A stretch of DNA of 63,976 bases, the filler included, from Octopus bimaculoides (lineage: Eukaryota): NCBI RefSeq assembly GCF_001194135.2. It is 7 parts of 6 records of this genome, joined end to end, with 100 filler letters (N's around TTAATTAATTAA, not from the genome) between each part and the next. Parts side by side here need not be neighbours in the genome. Positions count along the whole stretch, not along the records: positions 1 to 19,166 come from NC_068994.1; 6 more parts are not named here. One strand, written 5' to 3'. A model generated the notes under the pieces. That model saw only the letters and a program-made list of their open reading frames with translations, did no database searches and was not told the origin of the DNA. Below, piece by piece: positions 1-13,028 of this stretch. The number at the start of each line of letters is the position of its first letter. Position 1 is the stretch's first letter. The position numbers and the translations under genes were made by a program.

Positions 1-59
<59 letters not shown>

Positions 60-110
60 GCATATACATATGTATATATACATTATACATGTATACACAC
101 ACACATATAT
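1..110. repeat. (TC)n/(TA)n/(CA)n microsatellite block, representative of many similar tracts across the window
   Basis: Dinucleotide runs read directly; similar tracts flank most N-gaps. Confidence 0.95.
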
Positions 111-121
111 ATGTAGTAGAA

Positions 122-301
122 TAATAAGGTAGTCAGAATGTTGGTCGATTATATATATATTTTTTGTTAGTTATTTACATCTTATTTACATTTTTAGCGC
201 ATTCTTCTGTTATCGGATAACGGAACAAAGCGCTAAAAATGTAAATAAGATGTAAATAAATAAAATGGATATAATCATCCAACATTCTGACTACCTAATT
301 A
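122..301. mobile_element. Foldback/palindromic element (MITE-like)
   Basis: aggtagtcagaatgttgg (127-144) is the reverse complement of 279-296; inner arms ttatttacatcttatttacattttt(t)agcgc / gcgctaaaaatgtaaataagatgtaaataa also pair. Confidence 0.65.
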
Positions 302-338
302 CTCTAAATACACAATATCTGTACATCACTCCAAAAAC

Positions 339-382
<44 letters not shown>

Positions 383-1330
383 TANNNNNNNNNNNNNNNN
401 NNNNNNNNNNNNNNNNNNNNNNNNNNNNNNNNNNNNNNNNNNNNNNNNNNNNNNNNNNNNNNNNNNNNNNNNNNNNNNNNNNNNNNNNNNNNNNNNNNNN
501 NNNNNNNNNNNNNNNNNNNNNNNNNNNNNNNNNNNNNNNNNNNNNNNNNNNNNNNNNNNNNNNNNNNNNNNNNNNNNNNNNNNNNNNNNNNNNNNNNNNN
601 NNNNNNNNNNNNNNNNNNNNNNNNNNNNNNNNNNNNNNNNNNNNNNNNNNNNNNNNNNNNNNNNNNNNNNNNNNNNNNNNNNNNNNNNNNNNNNNNNNNN
701 NNNNNNNNNNNNNNNNNNNNNNNNNNNNNNNNNNNNNNNNNNNNNNNNNNNNNNNNNNNNNNNNNNNNNNNNNNNNNNNNNNNNNNNNNNNNNNNNNNNN
801 NNNNNNNNNNNNNNNNNNNNNNNNNNNNNNNNNNNNNNNNNNNNNNNNNNNNNNNNNNNNNNNNNNNNNNNNNNNNNNNNNNNNNNNNNNNNNNNNNNNN
901 NNNNNNNNNNNNNNNNNNNNNNNNNNNNNNNNNNNNNNNNNNNNNNNNNNTATATATATATGTAGATCAGTGAATTTATTTCACTTGAAGTTCTATAAAT
1001 TTTCAACAGCCATTTAGCACCGACAGCTAGTAAAGCCAAGCTAGTCCATACTGTTGAAGGGCAACTACCGTGGAACTAGTCTCTGGATGCTGGCTTTGTT
1101 GGGTGGAGCTGCGTATCTCCCCTGTTTGAAAACTTCAGGACGCAGAACGCTTGTGTCACGTAGCCAATAAGAAACGGTGTTTCTTGGAGTTAAATAGCAG
1201 TAGCATTCTTCCCTTTCCTGGGACTGCCATATTAAGTTGGCAACAAACCATCACTTCATATATATATCATTTTTAGAAAAACATAAATCCGGAGAAGAAG
1301 CACACTCTGAGAAGTAGAGTAGTCTATATT

Positions 1331-1837
1331 TATTTATTGGTGAAGGCCGGTTTATGGGGTTACCCTGGGTTTCGCGGCCATAAAGGGTTTAACTTTATGG
1401 TGTATCGTCAAACTCCAAGTCCTGTTGGCCTAAGACCTCACTAAAAAAATGAAGGGGAAAGTCTCGTTATAGATGTAAACAAGGGGATTTTCTCCCTTTG
1501 CTAATGGCTATCGACAATCGGCTACCGGCAGTGCTGCCATTATTCGGCTGTGAGAGTAAACGATAGGGGATTATCTCCCTCTCCCATTAGCTATCGACTT
1601 CCGGCTGTGCCGCTATTTTGCGGTTCTCAAAACGGTAGCAGAATTCCTGAGTGCAAACATGGCTTGGAAATTTCCGTTTTGGAGTTTAAGTATGGCCCCT
1701 GGTTCGAGTTAAGTATCTTCCCTGGTCTTTTAGGATTCTCGTACGTTCGGCTATGCATAACTTGCAGTGTTTCGTTCCGTTGCTTACATCTATAACGAGA
1801 CTTTTAAACCCCATAAACCAGCCTTCACCAATAAATA
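1331..1837. mobile_element. MITE / non-autonomous DNA transposon with 31-bp TIRs and a second subterminal inverted repeat
   Basis: 1331-1361 vs 1807-1837 inverted with 1 mismatch; 1458-1482 vs 1780-1804 inverted with 1 mismatch; no coding capacity. Confidence 0.75.
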
Positions 1838-2495
1838 TATATGTGTGTGTGTGTGTGTGTGTTAAGATATATACACAAACACACACACACACAGAGACAC
1901 ACACACACATATATAATAAACACCCGTTCTCTCTACTATTTTGTTCGAATCTGTTCTCTTATCGATATTTACCATTTTTCTTTTCTTCTTGGGCTTTCTT
2001 CCCCTCTCTACTCTTCACAAACTCGTTTTTACTCTTCTTCGCTACCATTCCTCTCCCCTATTTTCTCTCTCCCACCCCCATTTTCTTTCCCTCTATATTT
2101 ACCGTGATTTAAAACCTCTTATATATTTTAATGCTTTTCCTATCTCTTTTACACTTTTCTGCACACAAAGAAAAACAAATCTTAAACTGTTTTTCTCTGA
2201 TTTTACACTTCTCTCGAAATAAACAGTATATTTCAAATACTTCATTCTCATAAACATTTAATAACTTTTCGTTGTATCGCATCCTCCTCATCAATAAACA
2301 TCTCATTTCTATTTCTACTTCATTCTTTGTGATTCTTTCGAAACACAATCTCTTACATAACCAGTCTTACGATTTTTCTCCTCTTCTTTTTCTTGCTTTC
2401 GCACACTCGTAAATAAATACTGTCTCTCACCTTCAAGCTCATTATGTCAGTTACGATATACCTTGATGCACATTTTACTAATCCCTTCAATAAAT

Positions 2496-2622
2496 CAATT
2501 AATCAATCAATCAATCAATAAACTAATCAGTTAATCAATCAATCAATCAATTACTTAATCAATCAATGACTAAATCATTTAAGCTTTTTCTTTCTTTCCT
2601 TCCTTTCTTTCTTCCTTGTTTG

Positions 2623-2653
<31 letters not shown>

Positions 2654-2695
2654 GTTTGTCTGCTTTCTTTCTTATCTTCTTTCTTTCTTTCTTTC
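2496..2695. repeat. (AATC)n followed by (CTTT)n tetranucleotide tracts
   Basis: Direct reading. Confidence 0.9.
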
Positions 2696-2899
2696 TCTAC
2701 ACACTTTCTGCAACTTTGCGTAGGCCTCTGAGCAGGTATCGCCATTACAACTTTCTCTGTCATGGCCAATGCGACGATCACACGCTACACACCTTCCTTG
2801 CAAGCACTGCTGTAAACAACGAAAGTGAGCTAGAACATTAAAACTGAGTGCGCATGTACAGCAGAGTTCAAGGTCAATCTGTGCCAAGCGGCGGCTTTA

Positions 2900-3450
2900 A
2901 TCTGCGTGCTTTAGCTTCCTTACTATGGCAACAGTTAGAACTGGACACGGGACGGGGTATTTGAAAAAATTAACCAAATGCATCTTCAGCGATAAAGATC
3001 TAAAGTTAACAACGAAAATTATGGTTTATAATACCGTTGTCATTTCAACCTTGCCGTATGGCTGCGAAACCTTGCTATATGGAGTCTGTATTGTCGTGAC
3101 ATCCAAAAATTAGAACGTTTTCACCAACAAAAGTTTCGTTCAGTCTTGAGCATCAAACGGGGACACTATTTGACCAACTACAAAGTTCTGGAGAGAGCCG
3201 ACAGTCAAAGCATCGAATGGCAGATCATGAATGATCGTCTTCGATGGTCAGGATATGTAGCAAGATTGGTAGAGTCAACGTTCCCGCGCCAAGTCTTATT
3301 CAGTGAGCTCACGTCAGGAAAAAGACCAGGAGGTTGCCCTCTTTGAAGATACAACGATCAACTCAAAGCAAAACTGAACGCCAATGAAATCGAGCCTAAA
3401 GCAATTGAAACACAAGTCTGAGACTGTACTAAGTGGCGGTACAGTCTCAG
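2900..3450 (+). pseudogene. Decayed RTE-clade LINE, 3' part of the RT ORF
   Basis: Frameshifted peptides DLKLTTKIMVYNTVVISTLPYGCET and DRLRWSGYVARLVESTFPRQVLFSELTSGKRPGG match the post-RT region of RTE LINEs. Confidence 0.8.
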
Positions 3451-3520
3451 ACCAGTAAGACCAAGTGGTGGTACAGTCTCAGACCAGTAAGACCAAGTGG
3501 CGGTACAGTCCAGTAAGACG
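3431..3520 (+). repeat. 32-bp tandem repeat, about 3 copies
   Basis: aagtggcggtacagtctcagaccagtaagacc starts at 3431, 3463 and 3495 (last copy has an internal deletion). Confidence 0.9.
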
Positions 3521-3822
3521 AAGACTTACCCTAGAATTTCTGACCTGATGTCGATGATAGAAATTGTTGCTCAGTTAGGAATCGACATTGAATTAACCTC
3601 AATATTGATCCCTATCATTGACAATGTCTAGATTTCAGTCTCAAAGCCATGTCTCCCTATCCACCACTAACAACTTTCTGGATCAACAGCAACAACAATA
3701 AGACCGTGATACTCTATCATATATGTAACATGATATTGTGTAAAATGACTTTAAGAATCTAAAATTAGTTCGATCATTAAATGTAATTGGAAGTCATAAA
3801 TCAATAGTATTGTTTTAAAACT

Positions 3823-3825
<3 letters not shown>

Positions 3826-3868
<43 letters not shown>

Positions 3869-4830
3869 ATTGTCGCCGTCATCGTCGTCGTTGCCGTTGT
3901 TATCACTCTATGGCTGTCATTGTTTCTGTTGTTGACGTTGTTGTTGTAGATACTAGTGCTTTACTTTTCCACTTCATTTGCTGTTATTGCTGCTGCTGCT
4001 GCTGTTGTTGTTTTTGTTGTTGATGTTGATGTTGTTGCTGCAGTTTCTACTCCCTGGCTGCTGTTGATGTTGTTGCCAATGTCGCTGGTTCTGTTACTTT
4101 TACTGTTGTTTCTGTCGGCATCACCGTCCTTATCGTCTCGCTGTTGCTCATTTCGCTGATATCCAGATAAACAACCCATCAGTCTCAACGAAAGCAAGCT
4201 TATGTAGAAAGGCCTTTCAACCGCGACCATCCAACGCTTTTACATATCATCTTCGTCTAACTGCTTTACCGAATGCGAAACTAACAGTGTATGACTTTGA
4301 TCTGCTATTTCTAGACCAACAGATCACAGGAAAACTTCCACGATTGCTCATTATTTCAGTCTCTGATGACATTGTTGCTGTTTTTTTTTTGCTTCTGCAT
4401 GTATCATTCATGCTACGGTTTTTGTTGTTGTTGCTGTTACTTCTCTTGCTCTTGCTACTGTTATGTGTTCTACTGCTGCTGTTGTCTTTCTTCTTGTTTA
4501 TGCCATTGTCGTGCCGTGAATCTCGTTGTTCTTATTTTTACAGATTTTATTATAGTCCATGTTGTCCTTGCTCCTATACGGGCAGCGGCTGTTGGTATAG
4601 CTTTTATTGTCGTTAATGTTTTTTATTGCTATTAATATTTTCTTAGCTGCTATTGTTGGTAAACTTGATAATAACACAGCTGCATTTGTCTTCGTTCGTG
4701 TTGCTATTCCTGCAATGGTTAACGCTGCTATTACTGCTACTGCTGCTGCTGCTGCTGCTGCTACTAAGGTTATGATTTTTATTGTACTTGTTGTTATTTC
4801 TGCTGTTCCATATAATAGGTTCAGGTGTTA
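3826..4830. repeat. (GTT)n/(GCT)n cryptically simple region with a unique core at about 4160-4370
   Basis: Direct reading; the overlapping ORFs are low-complexity. Confidence 0.8.
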
Positions 4831-4906
4831 ACATTGATGCAAATACAATACAATTGCGAGCAGAAACATACGCATGTTTAAATATAGAGGAGCAACTTGT
4901 ATACTG

Positions 4907-4945
<39 letters not shown>

Positions 4946-5176
4946 CATACATACATATATATATGTGTGTATATAGGTGTGTGTGTCGCATCTGAATGAC
5001 TGGTATGCATATAAACATATATATAATGCATTTAGTGCTAATACACACAGACATACATTCCCCAATATATATATATATATGTAGGTATACATACCTATAT
5101 ATGTGTATATATATATAGGTATGTATGTATGTATATATATATATATATATATATATAGGTAGGTAGGTATATATGC

Positions 5177-5210
<34 letters not shown>

Positions 5211-5646
5211 GTGTATGTATTCATATATATGTATATATATGTATATATATATNNNNNNNNNNNNNNNNNNNNNNNNNNNNNNNNNNNNNNNNNNNNNNNN
5301 NNNNNNNNNNNNNNNNNNNNNNNNNNNNNNNNNNNNNNNNNNNNNNNNNNNNNNNNNNNNNNNNNNNNNNNNNNNNNNNNNNNNNNNNNNNNNNNNNNNN
5401 NNNNNNNNNNNNNNNNNNNNNNNNNNNNNNNNNNNNNNNNNNNNNNNNNNNNNNNNNNNNNNNNNNNNNNNNNNNNNNNNNNNNNNNNNNNNNNNNNNNN
5501 NNNNNNNNNNNNNNNNNNNNNNNNNNNNNNNNNNNNNNNNNNNNNNNNNNNNNATTTATATTTAAAAAGCGATATGAATGGGGTCAATATTCTTTAACGA
5601 ATTTGCATGTACTTTTGTATATAGCTGTGCGCACACACACACACAT

Positions 5647-5689
<43 letters not shown>

Positions 5690-5949
5690 CACACACACAA
5701 ATATACATATAAATGTGTGTATGTGTGTATATGTGTATGTGATAAAGTGTATGTTAAACACAGACAACAAATCTAAACGAAGAGTATATTGAATAACATA
5801 ATTAAAAGCATGTTTCTTCCATCATCAAGCGTTGTTTCAAGCTCATAAAGATTTCGGCACTGTTATAAAAGAGCTAAAATCGCTATGACCTTCAGTTGGC
5901 AGCTGATGAAGAGAGAGTGGTCTCTGTGTCTGACGTTTCAAATTTCCAG

Positions 5950-6046
5950 TTTGAGTTATCGGTACATGTTCTTCAAAATTATTGTAACGCCATGATGATG
6001 TTTCACGTAAACAACAAGCAGATGTATTACTTTGACGCTTGGGAAG
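5950..6046 (+). CDS. Candidate internal exon of an unidentified host gene (FELSVHVLQNYCNAMMMFHVNNKQMYYFDAWE)
   Basis: ctgac branch-like site, ttccag acceptor, AG|gtgaga donor; only one of three frames is open; non-repetitive sequence. Confidence 0.45.
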
Positions 6047-6204
6047 GTGAGAAAGTCTTTTACGTTTCGAGTCTACGCTCTTCAACAGAAATGAACACGA
6101 GGAAATAAACAGATAGAGAATAAAAAGAAAACTTTTGGAGTTAGCAGTCATAATAAATAGATAAATAAATAGACAGATATAAATAGATAGGTAGAAATAG
6201 ATAG

Positions 6205-6235
<31 letters not shown>

Positions 6236-6607
6236 GATAAATAGATAGATTGATGTTTTGGTTCATTCGTAACAAAGAAATTTTAAGGTGTGTCACTAAT
6301 ATTTTTACATGAAGTTGCTGAAATATAAATGAAGCTTAAGTTGGGCATCAAGAAAATATACCGTTCAGTCACGAGAACTTGGACAGAATCCTTCAACGAA
6401 TCGAAACTCGTTCCGCTTTATACACGAATGCTACGTACCACTGAGCCGAAAAGTTACTGACTTTTAAAGATGCGTTTTTACATACGTGTGTGTGTGTGAG
6501 TGTACTTATATACATACATATATACATATATGTATATACATACACACATATGCATATAGATATAAATGAATAAACAGATTAATATGGGTATGTGTATTTG
6601 TGTGCAC

Positions 6608-6642
<35 letters not shown>

Positions 6643-7335
6643 NNNNNNNNNNNNNNNNNNNNNNNNNNNNNNNNNNNNNNNNNNNNNNNNNNNNNNNNNN
6701 NNNNNNNNNNNNNNNNNNNNNNNNNNNNNNNNNNNNNNNNNNNNNNNNNNNNNNNNNNNNNNNNNNNNNNNNNNNNNNNNNNNNNNNNNNNNNNNNNNNN
6801 NNNNNNNNNNNNNNNNNNNNNNNNNNNNNNNNNNNNNNNNNNNNNNNNNNNNNNNNNNNNNNNNNNNNNNNNNNNNNNNNNNNNNNNNNNNNNNNNNNNN
6901 NNNNNNNNNNNNNNNNNNNNNNNNNNNNNNNNNNNNNNNNNNNNNNNNNNNNNNNNNNNNNNNNNNNNNNNNNNNNNNNNNNNNNNNNNNNNNNNNNNNN
7001 NNNNNNNNNNNNNNNNNNNNNNNNNNNNNNNNNNNNNNNNNNNNNNNNNNNNNNNNNNNNNNNNNNNNNNNNNNNNNNNNNNNNNNNNNNNNNNNNNNNN
7101 NNNNNNNNNNNNNNNNNNNNNNNNNNNNNNNNNNNNNNNNNNNNNNNNNNNNNNNNNNNNNNNNNNNNNNNNNNNNNNNNNNNNNNNNNNNNNNNNNNNN
7201 NNNNNNNNATATATGTATGTATATATGTATCTATCTATCTATATATACATATATATATCTACGCGTTCATATATCTATACATCGTTATCTATCCATGTTT
7301 ATGTGCATGCGTATATATTTGTGTGCTGTATGTGT

Positions 7336-7383
<48 letters not shown>

Positions 7384-7561
7384 ATGTGTGTGTGTGTGTT
7401 GTATGTGTGTGTTGTATGTGTGTGTGCACGCGCACGCGTATGTGTGTGTGCACGCGCGCGCGTATGTGTGCGTGCATGTGTGTATTTTCAGCTCCATATC
7501 ATTCACATTGATATAAATGGATCCTCTTAAATGTTCCCTCCTAATTGGCCTGCCACATTAG

Positions 7562-7686
7562 TTCGTCACGCCCAGATAAAGATGCTTTTTGAAGTAGTTG
7601 ATGAATTGTTATCGATGATGCAACTGGGCATTCTTTTACAAAACTTTGAGAATTCTAAAGAGAAATTATGGAGCAAAATCCTTTAA
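7562..7686 (+). CDS. Candidate terminal exon ((V)RHAQIKMLFEVVDELLSMMQLGILLQNFENSKEKLWSKIL*)
   Basis: ctaat branch-like site and cattag acceptor; phase-compatible with the 5950-6046 candidate; ends in TAA at 7684-7686. Confidence 0.35.
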
Positions 7687-7725
7687 AGAACTGCAGTTTA
7701 GGATGTATGTATGTATGTATGTATG

Positions 7726-7781
<56 letters not shown>

Positions 7782-8519
7782 CATATATTTATAAATATAT
7801 TTTGCGTGTGTGGTGTATATATATATATATATACATAAACCGGAGTAAGCACATAAATGTGAAACAAGGTGGAAAAAAGAGTACTCAAATACCAGAGGTA
7901 GAGTAATATGCTTTATTTAAAAGTAGCAGAAATACAACAAAAGCTGTTACTCANNNNNNNNNNNNNNNNNNNNNNNNNNNNNNNNNNNNNNNNNNNNNNN
8001 NNNNNNNNNNNNNNNNNNNNNNNNNNNNNNNNNNNNNNNNNNNNNNNNNNNNNNNNNNNNNNNNNNNNNNNNNNNNNNNNNNNNNNNNNNNNNNNNNNNN
8101 NNNNNNNNNNNNNNNNNNNNNNNNNNNNNNNNNNNNNNNNNNNNNNNNNNNNNNNNNNNNNNNNNNNNNNNNNNNNNNNNNNNNNNNNNNNNNNNNNNNN
8201 NNNNNNNNNNNNNNNNNNNNNNNNNNNNNNNNNNNNNNNNNNNNNNNNNNNNNNNNNNNNNNNNNNNNNNNNNNNNNNNNNNNNNNNNNNNNNNNNNNNN
8301 NNNNNNNNNNNNNNNNNNNNNNNNNNNNNNNNNNNNNNNNNNNNNNNNNNNNNNNNNNNNNNNNNNNNNNNNNNNNNNNNNNNNNNNNNNNNNNNNNNNN
8401 NNNNNNNNNNNNNNNNNNNNNNNNNNNNNNNNNNNNNNNNNNNNNNNNNNNNNNNNNNNNNNNNNNNNNNNNNNNNNNNNNNNNNNNNNNNNNNNNNNNN
8501 NNNNNNNNNNNNNNNNCGC

Positions 8520-8566
<47 letters not shown>

Positions 8567-9876
8567 CACACACACACACACACACATACATATATACATA
8601 TATATTATGTTTGCTTTTATGTCAAATTATAATGAAAATAATTTTACATTAAACTGAAGGGTTACTCAATACTTTTTGTAGAGTACGTATTTATTATTCC
8701 TTGACAAGACTTGTGTTGACAGTAACTTCGAAAATTCGGCCTGCTTAGCTTTCATTGCACGCTAGTGCATCTAAGTTCATCTTGGCTTTCTAGGGTAGGT
8801 TGTTGAGTAGATTCTGATGGGAAGACATTATAAAAGATTGTTATTGATTAATTTTATCTTATTGTTCAGAAATCAGTCATGCATATAGAAATTTGTAATT
8901 CGCTGTGTCTATTCAGGTGTCATCTGCAGGTCTTTGGGTCAGGATGTTAGACGACTAACCTGGTTTAGAAATCTTTTTGTGTATTTATTTATTTATTTAT
9001 TTTAAAATTTATTTATAATTATATGCAAATATAACTAATATCCGCTCTTGAAACTGAATTAAAGAAATATTTATAAAAGCATAGCCCATTATCTTTGCCA
9101 CCCCCAAACTCTTGTATTAAATTTTCTAATCGTAATTAAATAATATGAAAATAATTAACTCCTAATGAGAAAGCTGCTGACATACTAACCTTACCACCGA
9201 CTTATATCTTTATGTGAATCTTAAAACACAAGATAAACACATTTCTATACTAAAACGATATGATCTAAAGCTGATTCAGCTCAATAAAACATCTAATCAC
9301 AAGGTTTTACAACCGGACTGAACTCTGAACAATAGCCCCCAGGTTCCCAAAAGTGAATTGGTCAAATTTCCAAAAAGACACCAATAGCAGTAACCTTTTC
9401 ATCCATCTACATTCGTTTGTGAATCCCTAAAAATAATTCCAAGACCTGAAGTTGACACACCTATGTAGACTATGCTGGCCGAAACTCAGAAGTGACTGCC
9501 CTGTCGCTACTCATANNNNNNNNNNGATAGATAGATAGATAGATAGATAGATAGTGACTATGAGGATATTTAGACCTCTTATAGAGATATTTTATATCCA
9601 AGATACACTGGTTTGATATATTGTATTTTGATGAGATTTCTTCAATGAATATATTTTGTAAAATATCATAAAATATCAAATATTATAACTAATTTCAAAA
9701 CGGAGAGATCCAATGGATACAAATTAATTTATTAATTAATTAACATCTTCGCCTACAATTGTTTCACTTCGCATCTAATTTAAACTACAAACATATATAG
9801 ATATATAATCTTGCATTTCAAAATACCTTGGGTGAAAGATCATCAAGGCATGACAAAGGACAATACAATATATATA

Positions 9877-10072
9877 TACGAGGGGTGTTCCAAAGCTTCT
9901 GACTTTAAGGGTATCGCGAAAGGCCTGGCTGAAGTTCTTTTACTAAGAAAAAGTGAAGGACCACTGCAATAAGTGTGAATCTGAAAAGGGAGTATTTTGA
10001 ATAAAAGCATAATTAACTTGATCCTCCTGTATTTTCTTTTACCAGGAACTTTTAAGCGCACCCCCCCTCGAA
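9877..10072 (-). mobile_element. Mariner-derived MITE, same family as 40715-40939 in opposite orientation
   Basis: Ends tacgaggggtgttccaaagcttctgac and ccaggaacttttaagcgcaccccccctcg are mariner-type TIRs; interior matches the reverse complement of the 40.7 kb copy. Confidence 0.75.
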
Positions 10073-10338
10073 CATATATCGATGTATTTGTCCTGAATGA
10101 AATATTCCAAATTCCGCTATTTCGTTTGTATTTTGTTAATATAGACACTTACGTCATGCTCAAATTTCTAATTTGCGCATTTTCAGTAGGAAACATTTCG
10201 TTTTTAGTTTACTCCAGACGTGTGTTCCGAAGAGGATGAAGATCGATTATGTATGTATATATATATATGTATGTATGTATATATGTATGTACGTATGTAT
10301 GTATGTATCTTTGTATGTTTCTCTTTCCATATATGTAT

Positions 10339-10370
<32 letters not shown>

Positions 10371-10877
10371 CTGCAAAATGTGTGCGCACAGTTTGCTTTT
10401 GCATATACAAACATACACATACCTTTATGCAGAAAAACCATGCATAAACATACTGACATAATAAAATTGCTCAATGTGATGGTGTAAAGACACATAAGCA
10501 TTTGACTTTACAGGCGTTATTAGCTATTAGCATAATGCCTCACCAGGGACTTCCTTTCACGCTCCCGATCCGTTTCTACGTGCTTGCATGCTTTTAGGTT
10601 TGTGTTGAGTTAGTTATTAACATGTTCGTAAACTTTGCTATTTGTCTCCGCTCGTAAATATATGCGTGCTTGTACATAATATATATATACATTCTGATAT
10701 ATATATATATATATGTATTATGTATATATGGATACCCCGTCGACTATTCTGTTAGTATTCGAACATGTTTATATATTTATTTATTTATTTATTTATTCAT
10801 ACATGTACATAAATACATATATGAGTGTGGGTGTGCGTGTGGGTGTATAATCATGTACGTATAAACATATACTTACA

Positions 10878-10911
<34 letters not shown>

Positions 10912-10955
10912 NNNNNNNNNNNNNNNNNNNNNNNNNNNNNNNNNNNNNNNNNNNN

Positions 10956-10991
<36 letters not shown>

Positions 10992-11026
10992 ACACATATA
11001 TATACGTATATATATGTATATATATG

Positions 11027-11081
<55 letters not shown>

Positions 11082-11810
11082 CTGCATCTATCGACGTCTA
11101 CATACAGACACACACGCACAAACACACATTCACACAGACACACAAACATACAAACACACATAAGTCAGGTTAGAATAACCATGTGACCATAACTGATTGA
11201 TCAATGGCAGCCCGAATATTGTCACCTAGAAACCATTTCAAAATTTCTGTTACGTTCACCATCCTAACTTCATGCATCATTCAATATGCTGACTAAGCTT
11301 CACTTTACAACTCCAATGAAAGGTTAAGTGTTACTCTCTTTCGTTTATACACCTATTTTAGTACACACACACACACACACACACACACANNNNNNNNNNN
11401 NNNNNNNNNNNNNNNNNNNNNNNNNNNNNNNNNNNNNNNNNNNNNNNNNNNNNNNNNNNNNNNNNNNNNNNNNNNNNNNNNNNNNNNNNNNNNNNNNNNN
11501 NNNNNNNNNNNNNNNNNNNNNNNNNNNNNNNNNNNNNNNNNNNNNNNNNNNNNNNNNNNNNNNNNNNNNNNNNNNNNNNNNNNNNNNNNNNNNNNNNNNN
11601 NNNNNNNNNNNNNNNNNNNNNNNNNNNNNNNNNNNNNNNNNNNNNNNNNNNNNNNNNNNNNNNNNNNNNNNNNNNNNNNNNNNNNNNNNNNNNNNNNNNN
11701 NNNNNNNNNNNNNNNNNNNNNNNNNTTAAATTAAGATATGCGCATGTGCATTCTAATGTATTAAAAAAACTGTCGTGTATATGTAATTTTGTTTTATTAT
11801 TACTTAACAT

Positions 11811-12032
11811 AAGGCGGCGAGCTGGCAGAACCTTTAGCACGCCGGACAAAATGCTCAGCGGCGTTTTGTCAGTCTTTACGTTCTGAGCTCAAATTCCGCC
11901 GAGGTCGACTTTACCCTTCATCCTTTCGGGGTCGATAAATTAGGTACCAGTGAAACACTGGAGTCGATGTAATCGACAAGGCATTCCCATCAAATTTCAG
12001 GCCCTGTGCCTATAGTAGAAAAGATTATTATT
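11811..12032 (+). mobile_element. tRNA-derived SINE family A (aaggcggcgagctggcagaa... ttcatcctttcggggtcgataaa... (ATT)n tail)
   Basis: Many copies in the window; B-box-like (g)ttcaaattcc; resembles octopus SINEs as recalled, not searched. Confidence 0.85.
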
Positions 12033-12901
12033 TAATATATTTGTGCGCATGCGTGTGTTGATGTTTTGAAAAACAAAGGAGCCGTTAGGTGGCCTAAACA
12101 ATATTCCCGATACAGTTAATTGTAATTAAAAACATTTATTCCTAATTTTCATTATTGATTGTGAGAGTAGTATATAGTGAATGTAGTATATAGATGTAAA
12201 GGGAAATCTGAAGGTAAAAATTATTTTATATCGGTTCAACGGAAAATTATATTAAAAGACGAATTGCTAACCATCACTACAGCTTTAATAATAGAAATAA
12301 GTCGTCTTATATCAGTCTTAGCAAATTTATTTGAGACTTGAAGGACAAGAATAAAAAGTATAGCATAGAGCAGGAAATAATAAGCCGTGCTTACGCCTTA
12401 AGAATCGGAAATACTCATTGTAATATTTATGTTGAAGAATTATTCCAGATTTTAACTTCTAAACGTAAGCTTCTTAACACCAAAAAAGAGGGTGGAATAT
12501 CCTGTGTGCGCGCCTGTAAATATGTCTTTAAGAATTACCATTAAAATGAAATGGTTACTAAAAGTATAAATTAACTATCTTATTAATTGACTATCCAGAA
12601 ATACATAAATGGGTATCTTAGGAAAATGATAATTATAATTAAAATAATAATTAATATTAAAATAATAATTAATATTAAAATAATAAGTGAAAGATACTAC
12701 GTATTAAGTTGAAAATCTTTAGTCAACTCAAGCGATTAATAAACAAAACTCATGCCAAGGTTGTTGAAACTCTCAAAATCCCTCAACATGGGAGATAGCT
12801 CCAATATGATTCGTTGATTATATTGTGTTTTGGACACTATATGTATATGGAGACGTATAAATAATTGATTGGTTTAGAATAAAAGTGCAGAAACTAATAA
12901 C

Positions 12902-12960
12902 GAATATGTGTGTTTATCGGACGATATGACCATTTCAAAACACAACAATGTTTGTATGTG

Positions 12961-13028
<68 letters not shown>

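Noticed and set aside
1040-1250. Possible HDV-like ribozyme or RTE 5' UTR on the minus strand (ttccacgg loop)
   Set aside because: Could not build P1.1, P2 and P4 of the double pseudoknot
4068-4616. 183-codon stop-free frame
   Set aside because: Mostly GTT/GCT repeats that lack stops; no recognisable domain or convincing splice signals
9440-9500. ctgaagt...ggccGAAActcagaagtg
   Set aside because: A9 and H17 are wrong and stem II does not form; too degenerate to call
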